Part shown: piece by piece, positions 24,165-37,714 of the stretch
Layout: each line of letters opens with the position of its first letter
How positions within the stretch are numbered: the first letter of the stretch is position 1
Origin: Octopus sinensis
Lineage: Eukaryota
Reading direction: 5' to 3'
Assembly (NCBI RefSeq): GCF_006345805.1
Contig: NC_043005.1
Coordinates: 11,842,001-11,906,000, forward strand
DNA length: 64,000 bases
Notes under the pieces: model-generated
Database searches by the model: none
The model's input: the letters and a program-made list of their open reading frames with translations, nothing else
What the model was told of the DNA's origin: nothing
Made by a program: the position numbers and the translations under genes

Positions 24165-24700
24165 AAGATTCACAGAGACAATGATCTTCTCAATATGTGA
24201 CCTGCCAGTTAAGACAAATTTTTTGCCCTTCATGCCAGGGATCATCCTCAAGTAATTTTCAGTCCGCTTTTCGATCATTCCAACTTCTCCTATTATCACT
24301 GGTACTGTAACCGTCTTGAGATGTCACATTTTCTCAATTTGAGTCGGCAGATCTTTATATTTTCTGAACTTGTCAGGAGACTTTTGGCGAGATATTATGA
24401 TGACAAAGTATGCTCATGTCAATCAATAAACAGATTTTATTGGTTTGGCCTTTCGTTGCTGATGTTGCTGTTGTTGCTGTTGTTCCCTCCCCAAATGTCA
24501 AGCCTTTTGCCTATATTAGAAAAGATTGTTATCATTATTATAGATGTGGTTGTGGTGGTTTCCGCATGCGGCTGTTTGCAACATTCGGGATTTGACCTGC
24601 AATTGAGTGCTTTTCGCTAATAGCTTTCTTGTTTATCCAGACAAATACGTGTCATAAGCATTGACCTATTCACGCAGCAGCCCTTCCGCTACAGCTTTTT
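24165..24700 (-). mobile_element. Decayed R4/Dong-like RLE retrotransposon C-terminus
   Basis: ICLLIDMS...DKFRKYKDLPTQIEKM*HLKTVTVPVIIGEVGMIEKRTENYLRMIPG. Confidence 0.7.
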
Positions 24701-24999
24701 TTTTTTTTCAAATGTCATCGCCAAAGTGACAGGTGTGAAGACATTCCCAGAACATATGACAAAAAGTTTTACACCGAAATTGGATAGATAAGTAGAATAA
24801 AAAAGGAAATAAAAATATGATAATAAGCCACACACAGTATGTAATATACAAATACGTTTTAGAAAATACCACTTCCATCTAGGGTCAGTCAATAACAACA
24901 CATATTTGAGATTATTTTCACAATCAAGAGAAAATACTTTCTCCCAATAGTTATATCTTGGCTTGCAAAAGAATCGCATTGCAGAGGTCATTTGCTTTT

Positions 25000-25400
25000 C
25001 ACTGCCGAATGCAGTTGCTGATTTACTGGGATCACCATTAGGTGGAAGATTATGCTCTATGTCTCAGTTTTCACATTAATCAGAATTTCCACCACCATCC
25101 TAAACCATTATATCTTTCGGAATCTTTATATACGACGTTGTACTACGATCTCTTAACACAACACATTTTACCTCCCACTAGAAGTTTATCTCTGGTGGTA
25201 GGTTCGAGATGTTTGGTACCAGTGAGAAATCTGCAGTTCTTTGAGGAAAGCTACTGTTCTTTTGGTGAAAGTTTGTGAAGTAACTCTTACATACGCAACT
25301 TTCTGGAATGTGTCCCAAAATTAGTGTTATCCTGAAAATAATGTAGCAGAATTCAGTTAGGTCTGAACATATACTCCCATCATCTATAACCACAAGCTGA
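25000..25400 (-). mobile_element. CR1/L2-like RT N-terminal remnant
   Basis: LTEFCYIIFR...GHIPES...FSLVPNISNL resembles L..LF..I...G.IP..W...PISL...ISK. Confidence 0.4.
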
Positions 25401-25499
25401 CCAACATATTTTGGATGAATTAGACAGATGGAAAATGAAAGAGGTCCGTTGTATATATGTACATGTGTGTGTGTTTGCGTATCGCATGTATATGTTTTT

Positions 25500-26580
25500 G
25501 TGTCGCTTTGTATTGCAGAATCTGCATTTAAGGTCAAAACCGTTTTGAAGAACGTTAGCCTGTAGTTTTTTATAAGCAAGCTTTGATCTTCTACCACTAA
25601 TATGAAACCTCCAGTTTCTGCTTTCAGTCCTGAACTTCTCAGCCACTGATAGGTTGTTGCTTGGTCTACATCAGCATTTCGGCTTTGAACTGTATATTGT
25701 CCATGCAGAGGCTTCTGGCTCCACCGCTCCTCAATTTGTTTCTACCCGTTCTTTTTCAGTCTGTTTGCACATGTTTTGAATGTTTTCTAGCAGTGGTTTC
25801 AGGTTCTTCAACTATTTCAGGATTAATGCCAAGTTCCCTAGCGAATTTGCAAGCTTCCTTGACAATAGAATCTGATATTTTGGTGTTTTCGTGTTTGCAC
25901 ACAAGCCGCAACATCCAGTCTTCTGTACTAGATAAGTACTTGTTCATTGCTATCATGGAGGTCTTATTGCACAGTTTTACCTGCATCACTTCTCTTTCCC
26001 CCTTACATCTAGCTAGGTCCATGTCCTTAGATGTTATTAGCTTACTTGTCCTCCTGTCCAGGTGTTGGAACTCTGTAAGATTCCAGTTAATGATGTTAAA
26101 ACTATACTAGACTATTAGAAGTGCCAGGGTGTTAATGGCTTCGATGCGGCGACTTTTCCGAGTTAAGTTCAGTTTTTAGTATGAGACTTACTCTCCTGTA
26201 ATACTCCTTGTTTTATACTTTTTCGTTCATAGTAACATGTTGTATACCATATCCTTCATTTATCCCCTGGTATTTTTAATTTTCTTGTGGGTCAAGCTCC
26301 TTGATGGTAGAGTCGGTATCTAATTCAATGGAAGCTGCTTGCCTGAGCTTGTCTCTTACAAAAGTTGCTTTAGCAAACAATCAAGGTCAAAATCCAACCC
26401 GACGTCATTGTTGAAATCTTTCAAAGTTGTTAGCAGCCGTACTAGCTCTTCGTTGTTTCTAGCAAACAGTTTCAGATCTTCCGTATAAAACAGACGGTTT
26501 ATTGTTGTATTATATACTTTGAACACATGTCTGGTGTTATTTAATTCATTTGAGAATGAGATCAGTGTCATGCAAAAGAA
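25500..26580 (-). mobile_element. R4/Dong-like element, inverted 5' segment (RT motifs 5-7 to zinc knuckle)
   Basis: LFFCMTLIS..INRLFYTEDLKLFARN (YMDD region), DWMLRLVCKHE.., DLKCRFCN. Confidence 0.8.
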
Positions 26581-27020
26581 TAATTAGAAGGCCTGACTCG
26601 GTTGTAGTAGATAAAGAGAATAGAGAGGGCTAGATAATTGACTTTACAGTCCCAAATGATGAGAAAGTCAATATGAGAAGCTAGAGAAAGCATCACAGTA
26701 CCGGGAACCAGCTTTTGAGATGTAGAGACTATGGGAAATGCGGGTAAAATGTATCCCAGTAGTTACAGGTGCATTTGGAATTAACCCTAAAGATTTGAAC
26801 GGATGGATAGAGGAAATAGGTATAAAACCCAACTTAGTACAGCTCCAGAAAACAGTGTTATTAGGGATAACGAAGATACTTAAGAGGGTTCTTGGCATCT
26901 AAGTTTACTTGTTGTAGCCCGATATTACGAAATTTTTTCCGCAAGACTTTAACCTGTTGTGCGTATATGTGATAATAACAATAATAATAACAAGGATAAC
27001 AATAGTAGTAATAATAATCT
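26581..27020 (+). mobile_element. R4/Dong-like element, direct 3' segment (RLE domain, UTR, (AAT)n tail)
   Basis: IRRPDSVVVDKENRE..IIDFTVPND..RLWEMRVKCIPVVTGAFG...QLQKTVLLGITKILKRVLGI* then (AAT)n. Confidence 0.85.
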
Positions 27021-27024
27021 CTAC

Positions 27025-27165
27025 TATACGCATTAGGCCTGAAATTCTGGGATAGTGGGTTAGTCGATTATATCGATCTCAGTGCTCAGCTAGTAATTAT
27101 TTCATCGATCTCGACAGGATGAAAGCAAAGTCGACCTTGGCCAGCACGTCGCCTTGCCATCCATA
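27025..27165 (-). mobile_element. Degenerate family-B SINE
   Basis: AGGCCTGAAATT...GGATGAAAGCAAAGTCGACC. Confidence 0.7.
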
Positions 27166-27182
27166 ACAACAACAACAACAAT

Positions 27183-27227
<45 letters not shown>

Positions 27228-27784
27228 TAATAATAATAATAATAATAACAATAATAATAATTGCTACTGTCCATTATTTATAATTGATATAATTGGAAAA
27301 TATTGCATAATCACCAATGAAAGAAAATAACTAAAAAGTATAGGATAACAACATTTTTCCAGAAAAAGGCATGTAAAAGGTCCTGAAAATATTGTTAAAA
27401 CATTCCTATCCTGGATTTGCTAATGTAGAATATTTGTGCATATGCTTTTCAAGATGTACTTTATTCTTTTCTGACAGAAGAAAAGAAAATATGAAGCTTC
27501 CTCTGAAATCATGAATAGTTCAAAGAACTATTTGGAAACGATCAATATGCTGCTAATTCTGGTATTAACCTGCAGCTTCGATATAATAAATGGGCAGATG
27601 GAAAAGAATGAAGCAAAAAAAACAACAAAAAACAAACCAAACACGACAACAAAATATGCATAAGATTACCCATTCTAAAATGTGACGCAGAGGCACTACA
27701 CATAACACACATATATACACCACAAACAAACATAAACATTATATATATATATATATATATAATATATATAATATATATAAACAT

Positions 27785-27829
<45 letters not shown>

Positions 27830-27849
27830 CATATATATTATACACACAC

Positions 27850-27910
<61 letters not shown>

Positions 27911-28999
27911 GTATGTATATGTACCATACATATATGAAATATGCACAAAATGAAATAAGGGGTCTTGCTCAAATGGAGATGGCCTATAAAACCTTTTCTA
28001 TTGCTTTAACCAGTTGTCTTCAAAAGAAGCAGGGCACTACTGGAGATAGCTTTAAAAACATGAGAGAAAGAACAGAACGAGAACGCAAATAGTACACAAA
28101 GGAGAATAAACATATTTGATTGAAAGTGGAAAAACTAAGCAGATATATACACACATATATAAACAAACATATAACCAAAAACGAGGTGAGCAAAAGAAAT
28201 CATACACATTAGGAAGGAAATAAAATACATTTAATAACACGAAAAAGATCATGTCTTATGTGTAGGTTGAAAAATTCACCAAATAGAAAGATGTAGAATG
28301 GTAAATAATACAAACATGGAATATGGACATAAGAACAGTTTCTATGATCATGGAAAATAAATTATCTTTGAAAATCTGCGCTTTATTAAAGAGTAGGTTT
28401 GCCTGTCATCCAGCATGTTATAGAGGAAAGAGAGTTAAACTCCGATCAAGCGGAAACGCCCAGATTCATACATAACTCTCTCTCTAGATTGTGTGTGCAT
28501 ATATATATATATAATGTATATGTATATGTATATATTTGTCCATATATGTATGTATGTATATATACACACATCCTTTGAATTTTGTATTGGGCAGATATTG
28601 TGCACGATTGGTGTGCGTATGCATGTGTGTATGTGTGTGTGGATGAGGATGTGTTCCTGTTCCTGGAAACAATGCTAAGCAAAGGCAAATTTCCAAGGTT
28701 TCTGCTACAGTCTTGTCCAAAATCTTTAACACTATGTCTTCGCAAATTCTCTTTACGTCTTACACAGAAAGAGAAAACGAATGCTCTTTAACTTCTCCTG
28801 ATGCTGTGACTATTGGGAGAAAGGGAGGAGGTTATCGTCATGCTGGAGACCTTGTTCGAATGAAGCTCTGGTCTGCTTTGTACTTACTATTGAAATCATT
28901 CATCTAATTCTACAAATCAAGAACTTTTCTTCTAGACTAAATTTCACAAGATTTCACTAAGAAACTGAAATATTTTGAGTAAAACTTACACAAGCTTAC

Positions 29000-29410
29000 A
29001 GGCGCAGGAGTGGCTGTGTGGTAAGTAGCTTGCCTTCCAACCACATCGTTCCGGGTTCAGTCCCACTGCGTGGCACCTTGGGCAAGTGTCTTCTACGATA
29101 GCCTCGGGCCGACCAAAGCCTTGTGAGTGGATTTGGTGGACGGAAACTGAAAGAAGCCCGTCGTATATATGTATATATATATATATATATATGCATGTGT
29201 GTGTACATGTTTGTGTGTCTGTGTTTGTCCCCCCAACATTGCTGACAACCGATAATGGTTTGTTTACGCCCCCGTAACTTAGCGGTTCGTCAAGAGAGAT
29301 CGATAGAATAAGCACTAGGGTTACACAGAATAAGTCCTGGGGTCGATTTGCTCGACTGAAAGGCGGTGCTGCAGCATGGCCGCAGTCAAATGAATAAAAC
29401 AAATAAACGA
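29000..29410 (+). mobile_element. Full-length family-C SINE (tRNA head, Nin/Inv-like domain, internal (TA)/(TG) tract)
   Basis: GGCGCAGGAGTGGCTGTGTGGTAAG...GGGTTCAGTCCCACTGCG...GACGGAAACTGAAAGAAGCCCGTCG(TA)n...CAGCATGGCCGCAGTCAAATGA. Confidence 0.9.
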
Positions 29411-29520
29411 AAAGAAAAGAAGACAGCTGTTTCAAAGTGCAAGTGGATCAGGAACATTTAATTGCGGACTCTTATGTTCGAATCATTTACTCAAAATTGT
29501 CCTTAATTACCTAACAGCTG

Positions 29521-29998
29521 TGTGGCAAGAAGCTTGCTGCTCAGCCACATGGCTCTGGGTTCAGTCCCACTGCGTTACACCATGGACAAGTGTCACCCAT
29601 TATAGCCTCGGGTCGACCAAATGCCTTATGCGTGGATTTGAAAGAAGCCGGTGGTATTATGCATACATGTATATATCTATGCGTAAGTGTCTCTGTGTCT
29701 ATGTTTGTCTCCAGCAACGCTTGACAACCGGTAGCAGTGTGTTTGCATCTCCGTTACTTCGCGGTTCGGCAAAAGAAACCGACGTAAAAGGTACTAGATT
29801 TCAAAAAATAACAAGTTCTAGGGTCGATTAGTTCGACTAAAACCCTTCGAGGTGGTGCCCCAGCATGGCCGGCCTCGCTCAAATGACTTAAACAAAGATA
29901 ACTGATCATATATATGCGTGTGTGTGTGTGTGACCAAAGACTTGAGAGTGGGTATGGTAGACGGAAACTGAAAGAAGCCCGTCGGACATGCATATGTG

Positions 29999-30038
<40 letters not shown>

Positions 30039-30112
30039 CGCGTGTGTAACCAAATCCTTCAGAGTGGATATGGTAGACGGAAACTGAAGGAAGCTCATCG
30101 TACATGCATATG
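29521..30112 (+). mobile_element. Diverged family-C SINE followed by two partial duplicates of its middle segment
   Basis: One full diverged copy to ~29895, then GAGTGG.TATGGTAGACGGAAACTGAA twice (~29945, ~30062). Confidence 0.75.
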
Positions 30113-30624
30113 TGTGTGTGTGTATAAAGGAAGAGTGAAATGAATGTGGCTGGTTGCAGGCAGAGTGTCCATTTCACACGTCAGACAATATCATAGGCCG
30201 TTCACTTTTTTCAACATTTCTGATGAAGGTTGTATTGTTTAGCAGAAATACACTTTAACGCCGTTTTGACATCCATCCAAAATTGAAATGACAGGGTCAC
30301 TTTACCCTCTTTCTCATTCATTTACATATGTATATGATTCCTGTTGACAAAACTGCAAATAATAATCTATATGTGTTCGATATGCTTAATTACTGCGGAG
30401 GGAGTGTGATTGAGCTAACATTTAGGGATGTTAAAATTTCTTTGGAGTAAGGAGTTCAGAGAAAACGATATCCTTACTTTGGCTTCGATCAAGTACGTCA
30501 GAGACTTCATCTCTGACCACAGCTGAATTTATTTAACTCGACGAACTAACTCTTCTGTAACAAGGCTACCATCTCACTTTACTGAGGGCAATTAATGGAC
30601 GAGTGAGCGTTGTAATCAAGACGC

Positions 30625-31375
30625 ACGCATGGCTGTATCGTAGGAAGCTTGCTTTCCAACCACATGGTTCCAGGTTCAGTCACACTGCATGGCACCTTGA
30701 GCAAGTGTCTCTTACTATAGCTTCGGGCCGACCAAAGTCATGTGAGTGGATATTGTAGACGGAACGGAAAGAATCCCGTCGTATATATACATAGATATAT
30801 ATATATATATTATGTTGAAATAGAAAGATGAATAATCTTGTAGTAGATATATCAAAGTTTAACCGATACCTTAGTAGCAAAAATCACAGCAGTAAACAGC
30901 ACGGTTGGAGGTACACCATCTGGCGTTGCAACCGTGCGTTGGTGCGGATAATTGAAATTAAAACATTATTGGTGAATTGAAGAAATGGAGCTGAACGCAG
31001 ATTGAACAGAAATCGTTTTATTTCATTCTACACGTGTTTCGAAAGGCCCAAATTACCAAAATCCGATTGAATAATGGGACCATATTGTGTCTTTCTCTTC
31101 AGGAAGAAAAAAGGAAATCCGCTGGAAAAACAAAAACAGAACAGAGGCGGAGCAAAAGCAATCGAACTATAGTTCGATTTGCTTTTGCTCCGCCTCTGTT
31201 CTGTTTTTGTTTTTCCAGCGGATTTCCTTTTTTCTTCCTGAAGAAAAGACACAATATGGTCCCATTATTCAATCGGATTTTGGTAATTTGTGCCTTTCGA
31301 AACACGTGTAGAATGAAATAAAACGATTTCTGTTCAATCTGCGTTCAGCTCCATTTCTTCAATTCACCAATAATG

Positions 31376-31435
<60 letters not shown>

Positions 31436-31630
31436 TTGTCTCCCACCACTGCTTGACAACCGGTGTTGGTTGGTGTGTTTACGTTCCTGTATCTTAGCGA
31501 TTCGGCAAAAGAGGCCAAAAGAATAAATACCAGACTTTGAAAGGAAACAAGTCCGAGGTCGATTTGTTCGACTAAAATGCCTTGAAGGTGGTACTCCAGG
31601 ATGGCTGCAATCAAATGACTGAAACAGGCA
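30625..31630 (+). mobile_element. Family-C SINE split at its internal (TA)n by a ~570-bp insert
   Basis: 5' half at 30625-30790, 3' half at ~31405-31630, insert at ~30812-31377. Confidence 0.75.
30962..31377. repeat. 416-bp near-perfect palindrome with no spacer
   Basis: Centre CGAACTA|TAGTTCG between 31169 and 31170; arms ~208 bp with ~3 differences. Confidence 0.97.
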
Positions 31631-33389
31631 AAAAAAAAAAAAAGAAAAAAAAAAGAAAGAAGCAAACGGAGTGTGAGTGATAAAATAGAGGCATGCACTT
31701 ACATACAGCTGATGAGTCATGACCCTGTTTCAGGAAACCACGCGATAGTGAATGCTTTATGCACATATCCTGTAAATGGTATACTTGGAGTGAGATAAAA
31801 AAAAAACATGTATGCACTTTCCTTCGATATCATTAAGAGGAACTGGGATTCTATAAAAATTCCGAATTTCTCTTAACGATATCGAATTTACTTCTCAAGG
31901 TATTATTTAATATCTATGTAAAAAAAATAAAATGTAAGTCTTATATTTGAAGTATGAATATTGCTATATTTCCTTTTCGTTTAAGGGGGATTCTTATGAT
32001 TTCCTACCCATAACCATGAAGCATTTAATTTCTCTTTCATTAATTCATCCATCAGTTTCACGTTGAAGCTTCCATGAACCGTGAGGAGCTAGATGAACTG
32101 GAAAATCATAATTCATCGCCATTTTAAAAAACTTTTTATTCTGCAGAAAATTTTCAGAAAAGTTATCAATGTATTTGTGTAGCGAATCATGGCTGTACGT
32201 ATCAGGAAACTATTGCAGCCAGTTATGGATATTTTATTTTGTTCACGCCGAGAAGATGAGATATTAAGAGAAGCTCTCCCACGTTAAGCCGTTTTAAGCG
32301 GCAAATATGCTACTCTAAGATAGCACCATTACATCATAAGAAAGAGGTCACAAGAAGTCACACAATTTAAGAAATTTTCTCTGTATAAAAAATGTTCTCA
32401 TCGCGGATTGAACCTATTAAGTCATACTTTGTTTAATCAACAAGAAAATATATATTTAAAGAAAATAATCAGACGTTCTTCAAAGCAGAATAGGTTAGTC
32501 TCGGAAAAATACACCAGCATCACATCGTCTCTTAGAAATACCTTAATGTTCACCATGCAGCTTTTTTGGCTTAAATTTTCTGAAAACCTAGTAACGCGAA
32601 ATCAGTAATATGTACTGATACAAACAAAAATACATACATACGCATATATGTATATATATACATATATATGTATATATATATAGCTTTATAGATATATTTT
32701 TCTCTCAATAGATTTTAACCTAATAGCTGCTTAGTAGTGTTCACCTGATAAAGATTGTATGAAGGATTTATCACAAGTGAAGTTCACTCAAAAAGAAAAA
32801 AAAGAAAATTTTTAAACGTTTTTATGTGTTCAGGGATAGAGAGAAAATTCTTTTGATTTATTTATTTGCTTCTTTCTTACTTCAGTCTGCAGAAAACAAG
32901 TTGCAAGTTATTGATTTAAGAACGAAGTAGAAAGTAAAATAATAAAATATAAAATAAATCATAATATATAGACAAAAAAATTTCAGTGCTTCGTGAATGT
33001 TCTAAATAAAATGAGCAACGACAATGCTTCGAGGAGAGTTTCTTTAATAAATATTTTCAGTTCTGTGGTTCTACTTATTCTTCTGTCAATGGTCATAACC
33101 AAAGGCTGATAGATGTGATAAAACTTATCTTTTCTATTTTAATTGCTAATTTGTTACTTTAAATTCAAACGCATACACACACACACAAACACAAGTTCAG
33201 CAATCCTTCGACTATCGCAGGTGCTACGTTCCAAAAACCAGCGCAATAGGTGTAAATCCACGAAGTACAAACAGTACTGTATATCTTTTTTTATTTATTT
33301 TTATAATTTGTATATACTTATTATAAATGCAAAACAATGCCACAAAGGAATCGACGTAAGCTTAGATAATAGACCGCGATAGTTGAACC

Positions 33390-33540
33390 GCAATATGACA
33401 GACAAACGGATTAAGTCGATCACATCGACACCAGTACTTCACTGGTACTTAATTTATCGACTCCGAAAGGATGAAAGCAAATTCGAACTCGGTAGAATTT
33501 GAACGCAGATCGTAAAAACGGACAAAATGCCAGCTCACAA
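33390..33540 (-). mobile_element. Degenerate family-A SINE
   Basis: GACAGACAAACGGATTAAGTCGAT...CCGAAAGGATGAAAG. Confidence 0.75.
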
Positions 33541-33616
33541 CCTGAATGATGATAATAATAATAACGATGAATGTGTAGAGATGAGGATTATAATTAATGC
33601 CATGATTTCTGAATGT

Positions 33617-33927
33617 AGGCGCAATGGCCTAGTGGTTAGGGCAGCGGACTCGCGGTCGGAGGATCGCGGTTTCGATTCCCAGACCGGGCGCTGTGTGCGT
33701 TTATTGAGCAAAAACACCTAAAAGCTCAACGAGGCTCCGACAGGTGGTGGTGGCGATCCCTGTTGTACTCTTTCGCTACAACTTTCTCTCACTCTTGTTT
33801 CTTGAGTTACGCTGCAATGGACTGGCGTCCCGTTCAGCTGGAGGGAACACATACGCCACAGAAACCGGGAAACCGGGCCCATGAGCCTAGCTAGGCTTGA
33901 GAAGGGCGACGTTTATCGTTTTATCGT
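33617..33927 (+). mobile_element. SINE with family-D head and V-domain-like 3' half
   Basis: Head as at 15277; 3' part GCAATGGACTGGCGTCCCGTTCAG resembles the V-SINE domain. Confidence 0.8.
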
Positions 33928-34843
33928 ATGGTTTCTAAATGATGCACCAAACACACACACACACACACACACATACATATAAATATAAGTTTATGTTGGA
34001 TAAAAGTCCAGTGTATTCCTTATGTAGCCCTCAATACGAACTGCCGCTATCAATGCTTTAAAATTTGTATTTAAGAAAGTCGTACAAGACCAGGAACTCC
34101 AGGTAATTTTCAATGGTATACCTGGTCTGTAGAATAAAATATAACACATTGCATAGAGTAAAATATAGCACATGGAAAATGAACATATTAATAAAGCATA
34201 AATTTAATACTGGTTAAATTATTTCATTACCCTACCGCTTCATATCACATTACCTGGAGATGAATCTGTGTGATAAATTACATACCAAATGTATAAATTT
34301 ATCTATGGTTGAATAGATATCATACATGATATTATGTATACAAGCAACTTTTGAAGAGTTTCTTACGAATGCCACGCTGGGCTATTCAAGCATAGAAAAA
34401 TTTACATAATCCTGCTGTAATTTGCCACACGTAATTATATCTCTGTATTGTGGTTTGAAGTGAAACTTACTGAAACAAATATAACGTCTATTAAACTCCC
34501 ACCATATTGATATTTTCAGCTTATATTTTATCTTATATTTATACACAAGCACACACATATCAATATCAATATATTATATATATATATATATAATATATAT
34601 ATATATATACGCATATACATACATATATATCTATTTATATCTGTGTGTGCATATATATATGCACATATATATATGTATATATATATATATACTTATATAT
34701 ACTGTGTGTGCATATGTGCATATGTATACACACAAAGAGACACCATATAATATACGTGTGTTTCTCTTTGTATTAGCATATCAACATTTTATGTTAATGT
34801 ATGCATGCATATTTATACACTTAAGTATATTATCCATCCATCC

Positions 34844-34980
<137 letters not shown>

Positions 34981-34985
34981 CATAT

Positions 34986-35197
34986 CGCCATGTTGAATCG
35001 CTAGCTTCTGCACGCATTTTTTTTCTCTCCTTGTTTCTCTCCGTGTTTCTTTTCTGTGTATCTTTCTGTTGAAGAGCGTAAGCTCGAAACGTAAAAGACT
35101 TGTTTTATTTATATTCCTGAGCGCCATACTAATATAATTGTTTGTTTGTACTCCACCTGCCTTCGTCTTTTGTTTATTTTCATAAAGCTTCCCGTTA
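34986..35197 (+). mobile_element. Family-E element with hammerhead-like motif
   Basis: CGCCATGTTG...TCTTTCTGTTGAAGAGCGTAAGCTCGAAACGTAAAAGA...CCCGTTA then (TA)n. Confidence 0.85.
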
Positions 35198-35423
35198 TAT
35201 ATATATGTGCGTGTGTGTGTGATTGTATGTGTGTGTGTGTGTGTGTGTGTATGCATGTATATATTGATATTAAGCAATTAAATCCAGTGGGTTAGCATAT
35301 TTAAAAAATCCGAAAATTTTGTTGAAATTCTTCTTGAGATCCCACTCTTCGTGGTAATGGTGATTTGACGTCTATATTTAAAATATTAGGAGTCCACTTT
35401 ACTGGTCATTCCTCTTAATTTCG

Positions 35424-35468
<45 letters not shown>

Positions 35469-36650
35469 TTCTCATATACCTGTGTGTGCGAATGTGCGCG
35501 TGTGTGCATGTATGTATATATGTATATATATTGGCTAAACAGGCAACATGAACCCCCCAAATAGAACAATATATAAATATATATACGGTGTGTCTATATA
35601 TTTATTTCCTAAAAATATACTTGCATGAGAATTTAAATACACAAATGAATTACTTGTGTTTTAGAACTGTATATGTAATTGAATCATATGATTCAGTAAG
35701 TTATTTGCTGTAAAAGGAGACAAAAAAGAAATCAATTTAAAATAAAAATCTATCGTTGGAAATCGTTTTAAGTCATGTAACCGCTTATTGAAAACTGTAA
35801 GCTATATTGGTAACAGTTGGGACCCAAATTATCAAGCTCTTTATGGAATAAATACTGATTTTTTATTCAATAACTAACATTTTGAAGACATTCCAAAGAA
35901 ATTTCAATTTCACTTTAGAAATAAGTTGTCTGGTGAAGGTATTTATGAGTTTGGTTACTTCTTTAATGATATTTGTTATTTGTTAGTTTATAATAACTTT
36001 AGATACATGAGATTTTAATATACACTACTAGCATGTTTCATTTCAAGTAAAATAATACGTATGCGCATGTGTGTATAGACACGCAATGTCAGCTGAAATA
36101 GAGTATGATTCATTGACAATGAAACAAAACAGAGAATCTTGTTCCTGTTTCACTCTAAACAAAGAAAACTTAGGAGAAATGTTAAGACTATATTTTAATA
36201 TAGTTAACGAATGAAAAACAAAGATGGGGCATATAGCGATATGTTTGAAAGAGAGAGGAAGGAAAAGAGAGAGGAAGTGAGGCAGAGAGAATGAGAAAAT
36301 AGAGAAAGAGGGAAAGGAAAAAGAGAACAGTAGAAAAAGGAATCCATAGACGGAAGGAAAGGAATCTTGAACTTGAATATTTCTATTTCGTAAGTTGCTT
36401 CAAGTAAAGTAATTATAACAAAATGAACGAAGCTGAGTTCATTAAATTCTTGGTTTCTTAATCTTATTTGCAATGCCATTGTATATATATTGACCCTCAA
36501 AATATGAGGTGCATATCGATTTGTGTCTATGAAAAGGTTATAGCAGTAAGTTACATAAAATATAAAGTTACACTGTGCACAATAAATAAGCAATGATCGC
36601 AATAATGATATATTTATGATTGGATTAAGTTCATGCATTTGTAAGTATGT

Positions 36651-37056
36651 TACTCTTTTATACTCTTTTACTTGTTTCAGTCATTTGACTGCGGCCATGC
36701 TGGAGCACCGCCTTTAATCGAGCAACTCGACCCCGGGACTTATTCTTTTGTAAGCCCAGTACTTACTCTATCGGACTCTTTTGCCAAACCGCTAAGTAAC
36801 GGGAACATAAACACACTAGCATCGGTTGTCAAGCACTGCTAGGGGGACAAACACAGACACACAACACACACACATGCATATATATACATATATACGACGG
36901 GCTTCTTTCAGTTTCCGTCTACCAAATCCACTCACAAGGCATTGGTCAGCCCGAGGCTATAGTAGAAGACACTTGCCCAAGATGCAACGCAGTGGGACTG
37001 AACCCGGAACCATGTGGTTGGTAAACAAGCTACTTACCACACAGCCACTCCTGCGC
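36651..37056 (-). mobile_element. Full-length young family-C SINE
   Basis: High similarity to 56233 and 58855; tail (TACTCTTT)n on the plus strand. Confidence 0.92.
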
Positions 37057-37329
37057 GATAACATTTCATGTCAAGTAGTGAAGATACCTGGTTTAGTGGC
37101 TATGATGCTTGTCTCCTGGCTGTGATATCAAAGTTTCAATTCCTAGACAGGGGAGTACATTGTGTCACTGAACTAGACACTTCGTTTTACATCGTCTACT
37201 ATCCGTATTTTGGAGCGGTCTTCTCCCTCTACAGCCAACACATCCTGGAATATCTGCCGGATCAAGAGAGAGAGAGAGAGAGACTGAAAAGCTTTCGATA
37301 TTTATTTACAAGCATATACAAGCACCTCA

Positions 37330-37500
37330 AAGTGGCGATCTACGGCAACCGTTATCAGGACGGGCATAAGGATTAGCAGCATTTCGTCTGAGTTCAAATT
37401 CCGTCGCCAGCTACTTTGCATTTCATCCTTTTTGTAGTCAATGAAAATAAGTTTCAGTTGAACATTGTGGTTGATGAAGTCGACGTAACCCATGTCTTAA
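37330..37500 (+). mobile_element. Degenerate family-A/B SINE
   Basis: GAGTTCAAATTCCG...CTTTGCATTTCATCCTTT. Confidence 0.55.
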
Positions 37501-37714
37501 AAGTGCTGGACTTCCGTCAAAATTTGAAGCCGATTTATGATACTTTAAATCAAGTAGCGAGTGCAGAATATATGCAAGCATTTATTACTCGTTTATGAGT
37601 GACGGCTGCACTTTATGCATACCAAGTATTCTATCGACTTTCAGAATAGTGAGATCCACTTCGTTCAAATCGCAAAGCATAATTTTACCCATTGCATTAT
37701 TAATCACAGTTCTT

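Noticed and set aside
30962-31377. Palindrome as a classical MITE
   Set aside because: No matching TSD on both sides and the left arm runs on into unduplicated sequence; kept as a fold-back instead.
32000-32620. Possible decayed DNA-transposon coding remnant
   Set aside because: No diagnostic motif or TIR could be read.
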